Shown: positions 27,172 to 36,456 of the stretch, piece by piece
Layout: every line of letters begins with the position of its first letter
How positions within the stretch are numbered: the stretch's first letter is position 1
DNA from: a virus
Direction: 5' to 3' (one strand)
DNA length: 64,000 nt
Virus record (IMG/VR): IMGVR_UViG_3300045116_000451
Location: 1 to 64,000 of that record
Made by a program: the position numbers and the translations under genes
The notes under the pieces: model-generated
What the model was told of the DNA's origin: nothing
Databases searched by the model: none
Seen by the model: only the letters and a program-made list of their open reading frames with translations

Positions 27172-28743
27172 ATGTCCGAGAAACAGACCACCCGCCCCGC
27201 CATGGCGTCGGCGCTCATCCGCGCGAGGATTCGCGCGGTGCCGCTCGTGGCCGTGCGCACGGCGGACCAACCCGCCGCTGTGCGGGTGCTCACGGCGGCG
27301 CTGCTCGAAAGCGCCGTCGAGCGCGACGAGCCCCCGCCCGGGATCGTCGTGCATGACCCGGTGCGAGGGTTCGCGCCGGGCACCACCGCCGGAGCGGCCG
27401 GCCAGGCCGCGCAGGAGGCGATTGCGGCCATGCTCGGGGACCTCGACCCGAGCATGAGCGCCGACCCCGTTACCGCGCTCACAATGGCGGCCGCCGCGCC
27501 GCCGGACACCGTCGTGATCATGATGGCCGGTGACCGCGCGCTCGGCGAGCCGCGCCCGGCGCTGGCGGCCCTCCTGCTCCGGGACCGCTACGCCGCCGGG
27601 CGGTCCACGCTCGTTGTGCTCGGCGCGTCCTGGAGCCCCGCGGCCGAGCTTGGCTCGGACGTGTACGTGCTGGACGACGAGCCGCCAGAGACGCCCGAGC
27701 GGCGCTCGACGGTCGAGCGCCTCGTGGCCGATGCGAAACTCAGAGCGGACACGGCAACGATCGAGTCCGCATGCGGGTTCACTCGGGGGCTGAGCCGGTT
27801 CGCGGTCGAGCAGACCGTGAGCCTCGCCCTCAACGGAAAGGGGCTGCGCTTGGACGTGCTCGCGCGCGTCTGGCGCGAGGCGATCGACCGCACGCCCGGG
27901 CTCCGAGTGGAGTCCACGGGCTCCGGGGACGCCGAGTCCGTCGCCGGGCTCGCCGCGCTCCAGGCGCACGCCGCCCGCGTCACGAGCGGCCGCGCCCGCC
28001 CCGATGTTGTCGTGTGGATCGATGAGATCGAGAAGGCGCTGGCCGGCTCGTCCGGCGCCGTCGCCGACAGTTCCGGCGCCTCGCAAGCCGTGCTCGGATC
28101 CATCCTGACTGCGATGGAGCAGTCCGGGGCCGAGGGCATGATCCTCGTCGGCCCGCCCGGGACCGGGAAAAGCCTGTCCGCGCGCGTGATGGGCGCGGCC
28201 GCGGGCGTGCCCGTGATCCAGCTCGACCCCGGGCGAATCAAAGGGTCGCTCGTCGGGCAGACCGAGGCGCAAGCGGCGGCCGCCATGGCCGCGCTACGGG
28301 CCATGGGCGGCCGCTGCTACTGGGTCGCAACGAGCAACGGCCTGGCGACCGTGCCGCCCGAGCTGCTCCGCCGGTTCACGGACGGCGTGTGGTTCGTGGA
28401 CCTGCCCGCGCCCGACGAACGCGCCGCGTTGTGGCGCTTGTACCTGGACCGGTGGGATCTCCAGGACGAGATGCCCGCGTCGAGCGCCGACGTCGGCTAC
28501 AGCGGCGCCGACGTGCGCAACGTGTGCCGCACGGCGTGGCGGGACGGCGTCTCCGTCGCCGCCGTGATGGCGAGTTACGTGCCCGCCTCGAACGCGGCGC
28601 GCGATCGGATCGAGGCCCTGCGGCGCGGTGCCGTGGGCGCCTATCGATCGGCGTCCTACACGGGCGCCTACAGGATGCCGGTGGCGGAGCCGGCGAGTCA
28701 GCCGGCGACGGGCCGGAAACTGCAGCTAGGACGGGAGGGCTGA
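27172..28743 (+). CDS. Ycf46-like AAA ATPase with Walker B placed before Walker A
   Basis: VVWIDEIEKAL precedes GPPGTGKS; VATSN, PPELLRRF and FVDLP follow. Confidence 0.85.
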   Translation: MSEKQTTRPAMASALIRARIRAVPLVAVRTADQPAAVRVLTAALLESAVERDEPPPGIVVHDPVRGFAPGTTAGAAGQAAQEAIAAMLGDLDPSMSADPVTALTMAAAAPPDTVVIMMAGDRALGEPRPALAALLLRDRYAAGRSTLVVLGASWSPAAELGSDVYVLDDEPPETPERRSTVERLVADAKLRADTATIESACGFTRGLSRFAVEQTVSLALNGKGLRLDVLARVWREAIDRTPGLRVESTGSGDAESVAGLAALQAHAARVTSGRARPDVVVWIDEIEKALAGSSGAVADSSGASQAVLGSILTAMEQSGAEGMILVGPPGTGKSLSARVMGAAAGVPVIQLDPGRIKGSLVGQTEAQAAAAMAALRAMGGRCYWVATSNGLATVPPELLRRFTDGVWFVDLPAPDERAALWRLYLDRWDLQDEMPASSADVGYSGADVRNVCRTAWRDGVSVAAVMASYVPASNAARDRIEALRRGAVGAYRSASYTGAYRMPVAEPASQPATGRKLQLGREG

Positions 28744-28746
28744 GAC

Positions 28747-29094
28747 ATGCCGTGCAGCACTCGCTACGAAACCACGTCCATGGACGTGGCGAACATGAAC
28801 AGAACGCGCCTCGCGTCCGCGCTCGCGGACGCGGGGTGGAGCGTGAGCCACGACACCCACGCGGGGACGCTCACCGCGTGGTCCAAGGGCGGCGCGCGCC
28901 TGATGATCGACTCGCAGGGGGCACGGGTCGAAACGTCGGCCTACACCGACACCCCCGCCGCCGTCCAGACCGCGATTGCGCGCGCGTACGCGCTGCGCAC
29001 CGTGGCCGAGGTGGCCAAGCGCTTCGGGTTGCGGCAGACCGCCGCGCCCCAGACAACGAACAACGGCGCGACCCGCGTGCGCCTCACGAGGTGA
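28747..29094 (+). CDS. DUF1257-like small protein
   Basis: Size and position after Ycf46-like AAA; LASALADAGW..RAYALRTV..AKRFG. Confidence 0.5.
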   Translation: MPCSTRYETTSMDVANMNRTRLASALADAGWSVSHDTHAGTLTAWSKGGARLMIDSQGARVETSAYTDTPAAVQTAIARAYALRTVAEVAKRFGLRQTAAPQTTNNGATRVRLTR

Positions 29095-29096
29095 CT

Positions 29097-29363
29097 ATGT
29101 GCCAGTCCGTGAAGGGGCCCCTGGCCCCGAATACCCTCGACGTCGTGATTCTGCCAGACGGCAGGATCCGAATCGAAACCGGCTCGTTCGCCGGTGCCTC
29201 GCACACCAGCGCAAACGCGTTTCTCGCCGCGCTGGTGAAAGAGCTGGGCGTGTCGATCGAGCGGCGCGAGCCGCTCGCGCACACCCACGCTCACGAGCAC
29301 GCTCACGAGCACGAGCACCAACACGCGGGCACGGGCTCGCACGGAGGGCACGACCATGGCTGA
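29097..29363 (+). CDS. DUF2997-like small protein with His-rich tail
   Basis: VVILPDGRIRIETGSFAG; HTHAHEHAHEHEHQH. Confidence 0.55.
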   Translation: MCQSVKGPLAPNTLDVVILPDGRIRIETGSFAGASHTSANAFLAALVKELGVSIERREPLAHTHAHEHAHEHEHQHAGTGSHGGHDHG

Positions 29364-30924
29364 CACCGGAACGCTCGGACTGCCCGTTTCGTCGCAGCCC
29401 CCGACCGAGCCCGAGGCGCGCGCCGCGGGAGCGCTCGCCGCGAACGGAGCCCGATTCGACTCGGCCGAACGCCTGGAAATCTCGCGCGTGGTCCTGGCCG
29501 CGTTCGACGCGCCCGCGGCAACGCGCGGGGCCATCGTGGGCGCGCTCGACGTCGCGGCCGACGCGGCCACCTCGATCCGAGTCGGCGGGGTCTACTCGTC
29601 GGCGGCCGCGTTCGTGCGTGACCTGCCGCGCACCACGCGCCCGGTCGCGCGGGCTCTGCTCGTCGCCTGGACCGAGGGGGCGACGGTGCAGGCGCCCGCG
29701 CCCGCGCCCGAGCCCGAGGACGACGGGTTCGAGCCGGAGCCGGCACCGGAGCCGGTGACCGACGCGCCGCCCTCGGTCGAGGCTCCTGCTCCCGCCGCTA
29801 CGGTGCCGGAGCCCGTCGCGGCTGCGCCCGCGCCCGAGCCCGTGGTTGCCCCGCCCCCTCCCCCGCCCCCGGCTCCCGAACCGGTGATGGAGGCCGCTCC
29901 GGCCCCCACGCCGGTGCCCCCGGAACCCGTTGTGGAGCCCGAGCCCGTTCCGCTCCCGGCTCCCGAGCCCGAGCCGGACCTGTCGGATCTGCCGGCCGAC
30001 GCTCTGCGGGCCGTCGAGCAGGTCGAGGATCCGCTGGCGAAATGCCGGTGGCTCGTGCTGTCGTTCGACCGGCTCGGCCGATCGCGACAGGTGCGCGGCT
30101 ACGACGTGGACGTCACGGCGAACGGCGAGGACGTGGACGCGAGGCAGCTCGCCATGTCCAAAAAAATCCTTGACGTTAAACAGTCTAGGGCAATCGGATC
30201 GGCGGACTGCGGCCTGCGCGCGCAGCTGCGCGACGAGTACGCGTTGACCGCGGTGGGGGGCATGTACGCGATTCCCGTGCGCCTCATGTCCGCCGTCCAC
30301 GATCGCCTGACCGAGCATCGCGAACGACGCGGGAGGCTAGTTGCCGCGTTCCGCGAGGCCTACGCGGCGTCCATAGAGGCCGACCGCACGCGGCTCGGCG
30401 CGCTGTTCCGCGAGGCGGACTACCCCGCCGTTGAGGACGCGTGCAATGCGTTCGCCATGGCGTGGACGTGGCGGAGGCTCGACGGCGCGAGCGATGAGGA
30501 CCTCACCGACGCCATGGCCGCCGAGCAGCGGGAGCAGCTCGCGGCCGACTACGCCCGCCAGCGAGCCGAGGTCGTGGCCGGGCTACGGGCCATGTTTGCG
30601 AAGCTCGCGGAGGAACTGCGCGAGCGGCTCACGGCCGAGCGCGAGGCAGGCAAGGGGGCCATTTTCCGCGACGAGCGGGTCGAGAAACTGCGGCGTTTCG
30701 TCGGGCTGTTCGCGGAGCGCGACGTGGGCGATCCAGCCCTCGCGGACGAGGTCGCGCGCGTTGGGCGAGCGCTCGACGGCGTGGACGCGGACGACCTGCG
30801 CCGGGACGACTCGCTCCGGCGGACCACGGCCGAGACGCTCGCGAGCGTGACGGCCGCGGTAGCCACGTTCGAGACGGGAGCGGCGCCCCGGCGCAGGATG
30901 CGCCTTCGCCCCGAGGACGAGTGA
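29356..30924 (+). CDS. Two-domain protein with P/E/A linker; C-terminus DUF3150-like
   Basis: Long PEP linker; SKKIL..GMYAIP..LFREADYP..IFRD helical domain. Confidence 0.6.
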   Translation: MADTGTLGLPVSSQPPTEPEARAAGALAANGARFDSAERLEISRVVLAAFDAPAATRGAIVGALDVAADAATSIRVGGVYSSAAAFVRDLPRTTRPVARALLVAWTEGATVQAPAPAPEPEDDGFEPEPAPEPVTDAPPSVEAPAPAATVPEPVAAAPAPEPVVAPPPPPPPAPEPVMEAAPAPTPVPPEPVVEPEPVPLPAPEPEPDLSDLPADALRAVEQVEDPLAKCRWLVLSFDRLGRSRQVRGYDVDVTANGEDVDARQLAMSKKILDVKQSRAIGSADCGLRAQLRDEYALTAVGGMYAIPVRLMSAVHDRLTEHRERRGRLVAAFREAYAASIEADRTRLGALFREADYPAVEDACNAFAMAWTWRRLDGASDEDLTDAMAAEQREQLAADYARQRAEVVAGLRAMFAKLAEELRERLTAEREAGKGAIFRDERVEKLRRFVGLFAERDVGDPALADEVARVGRALDGVDADDLRRDDSLRRTTAETLASVTAAVATFETGAAPRRRMRLRPEDE

Positions 30925-31009
30925 GGGGCTCTGCCCGGGTCGGTGTGACAGCCGGCCCGGGCGCTGGGGCGCATGGTGCGTCCTCGTTACGTACTGCGGA
31001 GGTAGGAGC

Positions 31010-31246
31010 ATGAATTTCGCGAATATTGAGCATTGGCTGGGGCACTTCTGTCCGCATCCGGGCGGCGAGTGCGATCTACTGGTCGAGCGCGACCACACGT
31101 CCGCCGCAGTTCCGTGGACGGTGAGCGTGCGATCGGACATGGGGCGCACGTTCGGAGTGGGGGCCTCGCTAGCCGAGGCGCTCGCGAACCTGGACGCGCA
31201 GCTCGGGACGAGGTTCCCGATCGGAAAGCGGGAGACCGAGCGATGA
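31010..31246 (+). CDS. Hypothetical protein (tandem paralogue 1)
   Basis: AGGAG RBS; GASLAEALANLDAQLG. Confidence 0.6.
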   Translation: MNFANIEHWLGHFCPHPGGECDLLVERDHTSAAVPWTVSVRSDMGRTFGVGASLAEALANLDAQLGTRFPIGKRETER

Positions 31247-31521
31247 GGTACACGTGGATTGACAAGTACCTGGCCACGTTCGGGTGCGAGGTGCGCGTCG
31301 AACGCACGTCCGTCCATCGCGCTGTGCGGTGGTGGTCGAGCGTGCCTGCCAACGGAGAGGCTACATTCGGAGCCGACGGATTCGAGGTTGAGGAAAAGTC
31401 CGTAGTCTGGAAGATAAGCGTGCCCAGCGGTCACGAGCGGGTGACATACTCGGGCGAAACGCTCGCCAATGCGCTCGCGGACCTGAACGCGTATCTGGGC
31501 TGCAAATTGGCTACGATTTAG
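31243..31521 (+). CDS. Hypothetical protein (tandem paralogue 2)
   Basis: ATGA coupling; GETLANALADLNAYLG. Confidence 0.6.
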   Translation: MRYTWIDKYLATFGCEVRVERTSVHRAVRWWSSVPANGEATFGADGFEVEEKSVVWKISVPSGHERVTYSGETLANALADLNAYLGCKLATI

Positions 31522-31528
31522 GGTGTGA

Positions 31529-31548
31529 CCCCGGCCACGTGGCCGGGG
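31529..31548. repeat. 20-bp perfect palindrome with CACGTG core
   Basis: CCCCGGCCACGTGGCCGGGG, intergenic. Confidence 0.75.
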
Positions 31549-31588
31549 AATCGGGCGCCCGGCCCCGGAAGCCGGGCAGGAGGACAAC

Positions 31589-31978
31589 ATGGCAATCAAT
31601 ACGCACAACGGAGACGGTAACGTGGAGGCGTTCGGGATCTACGCCCCGCATTGGGTGTGGGTCGCGCTCGGGGCAACGCCCGACTGGTGCGGCGGGAGGT
31701 TCCGGTGGGACGAGCGGGCATTCGCGGCCGCTGGCGCGGCGATCGAAATCGCCCGCGCCGAGCTGAAGAACGGGGCGACCGACGCGGCTATCCTCACGCG
31801 CGCCATGCGCATCCGACGCCGGGAGGCCAGCATCGATCGCGCCGTGGACGCGGTGCAGTCCCTCGGCGACGCGCTTCGTCGGGGCGTCCCCGTGCGCGTG
31901 AGCGGCGAGGTGACCCACGAGCTTGCGCATGCGATCGGACATGTGTTGACCACGACGTGCGAGGAGGTGGAATCATGA
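31589..31978 (+). CDS. Hypothetical protein
   Basis: AGGAGG RBS. Confidence 0.6.
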   Translation: MAINTHNGDGNVEAFGIYAPHWVWVALGATPDWCGGRFRWDERAFAAAGAAIEIARAELKNGATDAAILTRAMRIRRREASIDRAVDAVQSLGDALRRGVPVRVSGEVTHELAHAIGHVLTTTCEEVES

Positions 31979-32418
31979 AAACCCTGGACGTGTACGTGCG
32001 CGGGTTCTACGAGGCGCGGATCGGTCGGCGTAGGACGCTGGTGCGGATTGACGCCGTCGCACCCGACGGCGGATGGTACGCGACCAATACGAGCACTGTT
32101 CGGCCAGTGCGCGTAGTTGCGGCGCAGTTGAGCCCGCCCGATCTGCCTGCGATCGGCCCTGTCGATCCGGAGCGTGTGGACATGGCGGTGGCCGACATCG
32201 TTCAGTACACACCGGAGAATGTGCTCGACACGCACGGATCGTTTCGACTGGCGATTCTCGGCCCCGACGAGCGAGACGCGGTCGAGCACGCGATCTATTT
32301 CGCTCAGGTGTCCGACCTGGCGCGAGCCGTCGCCGAACGGGAGCCGGTGCGCCAGTGGGTGAGCAAACTGCTCGACGAGCGCGACAGAAGGCGCGCGCGT
32401 TTGGTGTTCGTGGAGTAG
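31975..32418 (+). CDS. Hypothetical protein with small N-terminal beta domain
   Basis: GGAGG RBS, ATGA coupling; VRID..GGWYATN..VRV. Confidence 0.65.
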   Translation: MKTLDVYVRGFYEARIGRRRTLVRIDAVAPDGGWYATNTSTVRPVRVVAAQLSPPDLPAIGPVDPERVDMAVADIVQYTPENVLDTHGSFRLAILGPDERDAVEHAIYFAQVSDLARAVAEREPVRQWVSKLLDERDRRRARLVFVE

Positions 32419-32428
32419 GAGGCTGACC

Positions 32429-32665
32429 ATGGCTGTCGAAATTCGTGCACGTCAACTGTCCGGAACGAGACGCCGGTTCGTCCCCCCTCCCACGGAACGG
32501 TGGGGCACGTTCGAGGACGCCATGGATCATCTCCGTGGCGTTCACGTGCATCCCATCGAATGGGCGTCGGTGCTGTCCGACGAAGAGCGCGCCTGCGGGA
32601 CCCTGGCGCGGGGCTGGTGCCCCGCGACGTGCACCGCTTACGTTGTGGTGCAGGTCCGAGAGTAG
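32429..32665 (+). CDS. Hypothetical protein
   Basis: AGGAGG RBS. Confidence 0.55.
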   Translation: MAVEIRARQLSGTRRRFVPPPTERWGTFEDAMDHLRGVHVHPIEWASVLSDEERACGTLARGWCPATCTAYVVVQVRE

Positions 32666-32851
32666 GTTCGCCCTGCCCCCGCCGGGGGCATGGCCGCGAG
32701 GCCGTGGGCGCGCTGGCGACGCGCCGCAGGGACCGCGCGTGAATACGCGCTGTAGTCCTGCCCGGACGCCCGCGGCTGACATGATGTCGGCCGCGGGAGC
32801 CTGGGACGGACTCAGGAGCAAGCCGGGCGCGGCCCGGCACGGAGAACGAAA

Positions 32852-33439
32852 ATGGATACAGGCGTGAATACGATCGAGTTGGCGGAGAAGGCGCGGCGCG
32901 TGCAGGCGGACCATGCCGACTACCTGCTCGCGCGCGAGCGCGAGCGGGAGGCGGAAGTCGCGTTGCTGCAGGCAACGATCGAGACCGTCCGTCCGGCGCT
33001 GCCCGGCATGTCGCAGTGTATTCGGCGCCGGAGCGCCAGCACGAGCGGCCGCAACGGCTGCAACCCGGTCGACGAGACGGCCGATTTCGACGACGAGATC
33101 GGCGTCCTGCTCGTCGATCGGTACGACCGCGATCGGGACGAGACGGGGAGCCGGGGCACGTACGGGGGCGATCGGCTCTACCTGCTCGACGATGGGAGAC
33201 TCGCCGACGTCGAGCGCACTGGTTCGTGGTCGCACTGGCAGGGAGAATGGTCGAGCTGGGAGGCGGCTCTGTCGCCCATGACCACGGCCGAGGCGGTGAG
33301 CGCGTACGGGCTCGACAACATCCTGGCCGGCCTCACCAAGGCGCTCGACGTCCAGATCGCCGGCAACACCAAGGCGCAGGCGCAGGAATTCCGCGATCGA
33401 GCGGACAAGCTGCGTGATGCGCTCAGGCTCTTGAAGTAG
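32852..33439 (+). CDS. Hypothetical protein
   Basis: GGAG RBS; typical GC3 coding pattern. Confidence 0.65.
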   Translation: MDTGVNTIELAEKARRVQADHADYLLAREREREAEVALLQATIETVRPALPGMSQCIRRRSASTSGRNGCNPVDETADFDDEIGVLLVDRYDRDRDETGSRGTYGGDRLYLLDDGRLADVERTGSWSHWQGEWSSWEAALSPMTTAEAVSAYGLDNILAGLTKALDVQIAGNTKAQAQEFRDRADKLRDALRLLK

Positions 33440-33443
33440 CGGC

Positions 33444-33472
33444 TTGACCGGACAAGAGCCAATGCCTATGGT
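33444..33472 (+). promoter_or_regulatory. sigma70-type promoter
   Basis: TTGACC-17-TATGGT. Confidence 0.5.
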
Positions 33473-33516
33473 GTCCCGGAGCGCCCGAGGTGCGGCGCTC
33501 GGAAAGGCAGGAGCCG

Positions 33517-33870
33517 ATGAAATGGAATGTCTATCAGGCAACCTCCACCACGTGCTGCGTGGACCACCGCTACATAGCGTTGATGGAGCACGCCAGGGAG
33601 ATGGCGTCTCTAGCCCGCAAAGCGCTCACCATGGCGCAAGCTCTCAATCGAGACGTGTCCTGCGCGACGCTGTGGTGCGCTCCATTTCTCGTGCTCCAGC
33701 ATGCGCCCGATGACTGGGTCACCAACGGCCAGAAGTGCGACGTAGAGGAAGACCGCAACGAGAAAATCGAGGGTGCGAAACTCGTCGCAGCCACGGGCGG
33801 GTGGCGAATTTGTTTCACGCTCCGTCATCAGGGCGACGAGTACGAAACACCCATGATCAAGTGGGACTAG
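33517..33870 (+). CDS. Hypothetical protein
   Basis: AGGAG RBS, ATG 33517. Confidence 0.55.
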   Translation: MKWNVYQATSTTCCVDHRYIALMEHAREMASLARKALTMAQALNRDVSCATLWCAPFLVLQHAPDDWVTNGQKCDVEEDRNEKIEGAKLVAATGGWRICFTLRHQGDEYETPMIKWD

Positions 33871-33926
33871 AGACATGCGACTGCGCGGCGCACGGCGCGC
33901 TCGCGCACGACGAAAGGACGGCAGCT

Positions 33927-34355
33927 ATGTCGAAGTCGAAGCACGAAAAGAAACTGATGAAAAAGATGGCCAGAATGGCCGAGGAAGGGCCGCTCGTGAC
34001 CGGAGGGCTGGAGTCTGCCTGGTGGCGGAACGCCGGCCCGCCGGCCGCCGCGAATCTGACACTCGTCCCGACGCCCGAGATGAGCGCGTTCGGCGTGCCG
34101 GGCGAGGTGCTCGGCCGCTGTAGCGTCCGAGGGTGCCAGGGCAAGGTCGTCGTCGGAGGGCTCGCCGAGGACAACCCCGGCCTCGCCTGGTGCGGTTGCG
34201 ACACGTGCGGGATCGAGTCTCGCGCGCGCATCCTGCGCGAGCCCGATGGCAAGAAGGCGCGAAAGCGCGCCCGAGCGCTACTCGACGAGCGGCTGAGCCT
34301 GTCCGTCGAGGACGAAGCCCGCTACGAGGCCATGTTCGCGGAAGGCGCTGGTTGA
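33927..34355 (+). CDS. Hypothetical Zn-ribbon protein
   Basis: CSVRGC..CDTC; AAAGGA RBS. Confidence 0.6.
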   Translation: MSKSKHEKKLMKKMARMAEEGPLVTGGLESAWWRNAGPPAAANLTLVPTPEMSAFGVPGEVLGRCSVRGCQGKVVVGGLAEDNPGLAWCGCDTCGIESRARILREPDGKKARKRARALLDERLSLSVEDEARYEAMFAEGAG

Positions 34356-34358
34356 CGC

Positions 34359-34640
34359 ATGGACACCACACGCAAGGCGATCGTTGCCGAGGTGACCTCG
34401 GCCATCGTGCGCGCGCTGCGCTCCGGCATGACTGCGGAGCGGGCGGCAACGGTGCTGCTCGCCGCCGGCCAGGTGCTGCGCGAAGAACTGGACGAGCCCG
34501 CCCGCCAGCGCGTGACCGAGCAGGCCGACGCAATGGCGTCGCTGGTCGGCATGGCCCGCGCTGCAGCGCAACTCCTGCGCAAGGGCAAGTTACCTCCAGC
34601 CGGACCGTCGGGCAGCCCGCCACCTGCGGAATGCGGCTGA
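34359..34640 (+). CDS. Hypothetical helical protein
   Basis: Compact ORF between neighbours. Confidence 0.55.
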   Translation: MDTTRKAIVAEVTSAIVRALRSGMTAERAATVLLAAGQVLREELDEPARQRVTEQADAMASLVGMARAAAQLLRKGKLPPAGPSGSPPPAECG

Positions 34641-34661
34641 TACGGTCTACGGAGACGACCA

Positions 34662-36455
34662 ATGCACGTGACCGTTCACGGCTCGCTGTTCATGATCCAA
34701 CTCACGAACCAGCAGCGGTTCGTGGCCGACGCGCAATACCTGCGTTCGCTCGGCATGAGATTCCACGGCATCAAATGCAAGGGTCGCTGCGCTGCATGCG
34801 AGCAGGACGCCCCTCGCAAGCGCTGGTGGACCGAGCACGCGACGCTGGCGCGCATGGCCGCGACGTCCTGGGACGAGGCTGCGGGGGCCGCGTTCGCTCG
34901 GCTCGAAGGGCAGGTGCGCGACAGCGCGGCCACCGACGCGGACGTGGACACGCCGTGCCCCGAGGGGCTCAGCTATCGCGGCTACCAGAAGGCCGCGATC
35001 CTGTTCGCCCGGGGCCGGCGGGGCGTTCTCATCGGCGACGAAATGGGCGTCGGCAAGACGATCGAGGCCCTCGGCATCGCGAACGACGACCGCTCGTTTG
35101 AGCGCGTGCTCGTCATCTGCCCGCTCGGGCTCAGGGCCAACTGGGCGCACGAGGCCAACCGATGGCTCGTGCGATGCCAGGGGCCGAACGCAATCCGGCC
35201 GGTGGTCGCGCAAAGCTCGGACGACGTGCCCGGCCCCGACGAGCCGTGCGTGCTCGTCGCGAACGTCGAACGCATGCTCAGCCATCGGCTCGGTACCGGT
35301 GAGGTGCGCGCTCGCGGCAAGCGCCTTCTCGCCGCACTCCTGGCGCAGCGATGGGACGTGCTCATCGTGGACGAGGTTCACCGGCTCCGCACGCAGCACT
35401 CGGAGAGTACGTTCTGCGTGTTCGGCTCGCCCGACAAAGACCTCGTCAAGGGCCATCCCATGCCTGCGAGGCCGGGCCTGGTGTCGCGCGCACGTCGCGT
35501 CGTGCTGCTCACGGGTACGCCGATCCCAAACCGCACCCGGGACATCTGGCAGGCTGTCCACGCGCTCGTGCCCGAGGAATTCCCGAACCACTGGTCGTTT
35601 TTGCACCGCTATTGCGGCGCTCGACGGGTCACGTATCCCGTGCGTGGCGGTCACGGGGAAACGCGCGAAAGCTGGACGTTCGACGGCTGTACGAATTCCG
35701 CGGATCTGTACCTACGCCTGCGCGCGTCGTGCATGATCCGGCGATTGAAGGGCGACGTGTTGAGCGAGCTGCCGGCGAAAACACGTGAGATCATCGTGCT
35801 GCCGTCCGACGACATCAAGGCCGTGGTCGATCGCGAGCGGGATGCCTGGCGCCAACTCGGCCTGATTCGGTCCGAAGGAACGGCGATCGACTACGAGCAA
35901 GCGCTCGACCGGCTGCACGGCGCGCCTTGCGGCGTCGGGCCGGCCGCCGAGATCGCCGAAGCGCGCCAGGACCTCGGGCTCGCCAAGGTGCCGTACCTGG
36001 TGCAACACCTCGAATCGATGCGCGACCAGGGCATCGCGAAAATCGTAGTGTTCGGGCACCATCACGTCGTGCTCGAAGAGCTGCACGATCGCTACCCCGA
36101 ATCGGTGCTCCTGTACGGTCCCAGCAGCGAGCGCGAGCGAGAGGACGCCCTGCATGCGTTCACGTGCACCAAGGTGCCCGTGTTCATCGGCTCGATCCAG
36201 GCCGCGGGCATCGGCCTGAATCTGCAAGTCGCCTCGCACGTTCTGTTCGTGGAGGCGAGCTGGAACCACTCGGACCTCGTACAGGCCGAGGACCGCGTGC
36301 ACCGGCTCGGCCAGCGGGAGCCCGTGCTGGTGCAGCACTTCGTGTTCGACGGCACGATCGAGGGGGACATCCTGCGCCGCGCAATCGAAAAGCAGGCGGA
36401 CGCCGACAAGGTGCTCGACGCAAAGGCGCCCGGCGCGCCGGAAAGGCAGGGCTGA
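34662..36455 (+). CDS. SNF2-family (SMARCAL1-like) helicase/translocase
   Basis: GDEMGVGKT, DEVH, LTGTPIPN, MIRRLK, GIGLNLQ, QAEDRVHRLGQ. Confidence 0.92.
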   Translation: MHVTVHGSLFMIQLTNQQRFVADAQYLRSLGMRFHGIKCKGRCAACEQDAPRKRWWTEHATLARMAATSWDEAAGAAFARLEGQVRDSAATDADVDTPCPEGLSYRGYQKAAILFARGRRGVLIGDEMGVGKTIEALGIANDDRSFERVLVICPLGLRANWAHEANRWLVRCQGPNAIRPVVAQSSDDVPGPDEPCVLVANVERMLSHRLGTGEVRARGKRLLAALLAQRWDVLIVDEVHRLRTQHSESTFCVFGSPDKDLVKGHPMPARPGLVSRARRVVLLTGTPIPNRTRDIWQAVHALVPEEFPNHWSFLHRYCGARRVTYPVRGGHGETRESWTFDGCTNSADLYLRLRASCMIRRLKGDVLSELPAKTREIIVLPSDDIKAVVDRERDAWRQLGLIRSEGTAIDYEQALDRLHGAPCGVGPAAEIAEARQDLGLAKVPYLVQHLESMRDQGIAKIVVFGHHHVVLEELHDRYPESVLLYGPSSEREREDALHAFTCTKVPVFIGSIQAAGIGLNLQVASHVLFVEASWNHSDLVQAEDRVHRLGQREPVLVQHFVFDGTIEGDILRRAIEKQADADKVLDAKAPGAPERQG

Positions 36456-36456
36456 C

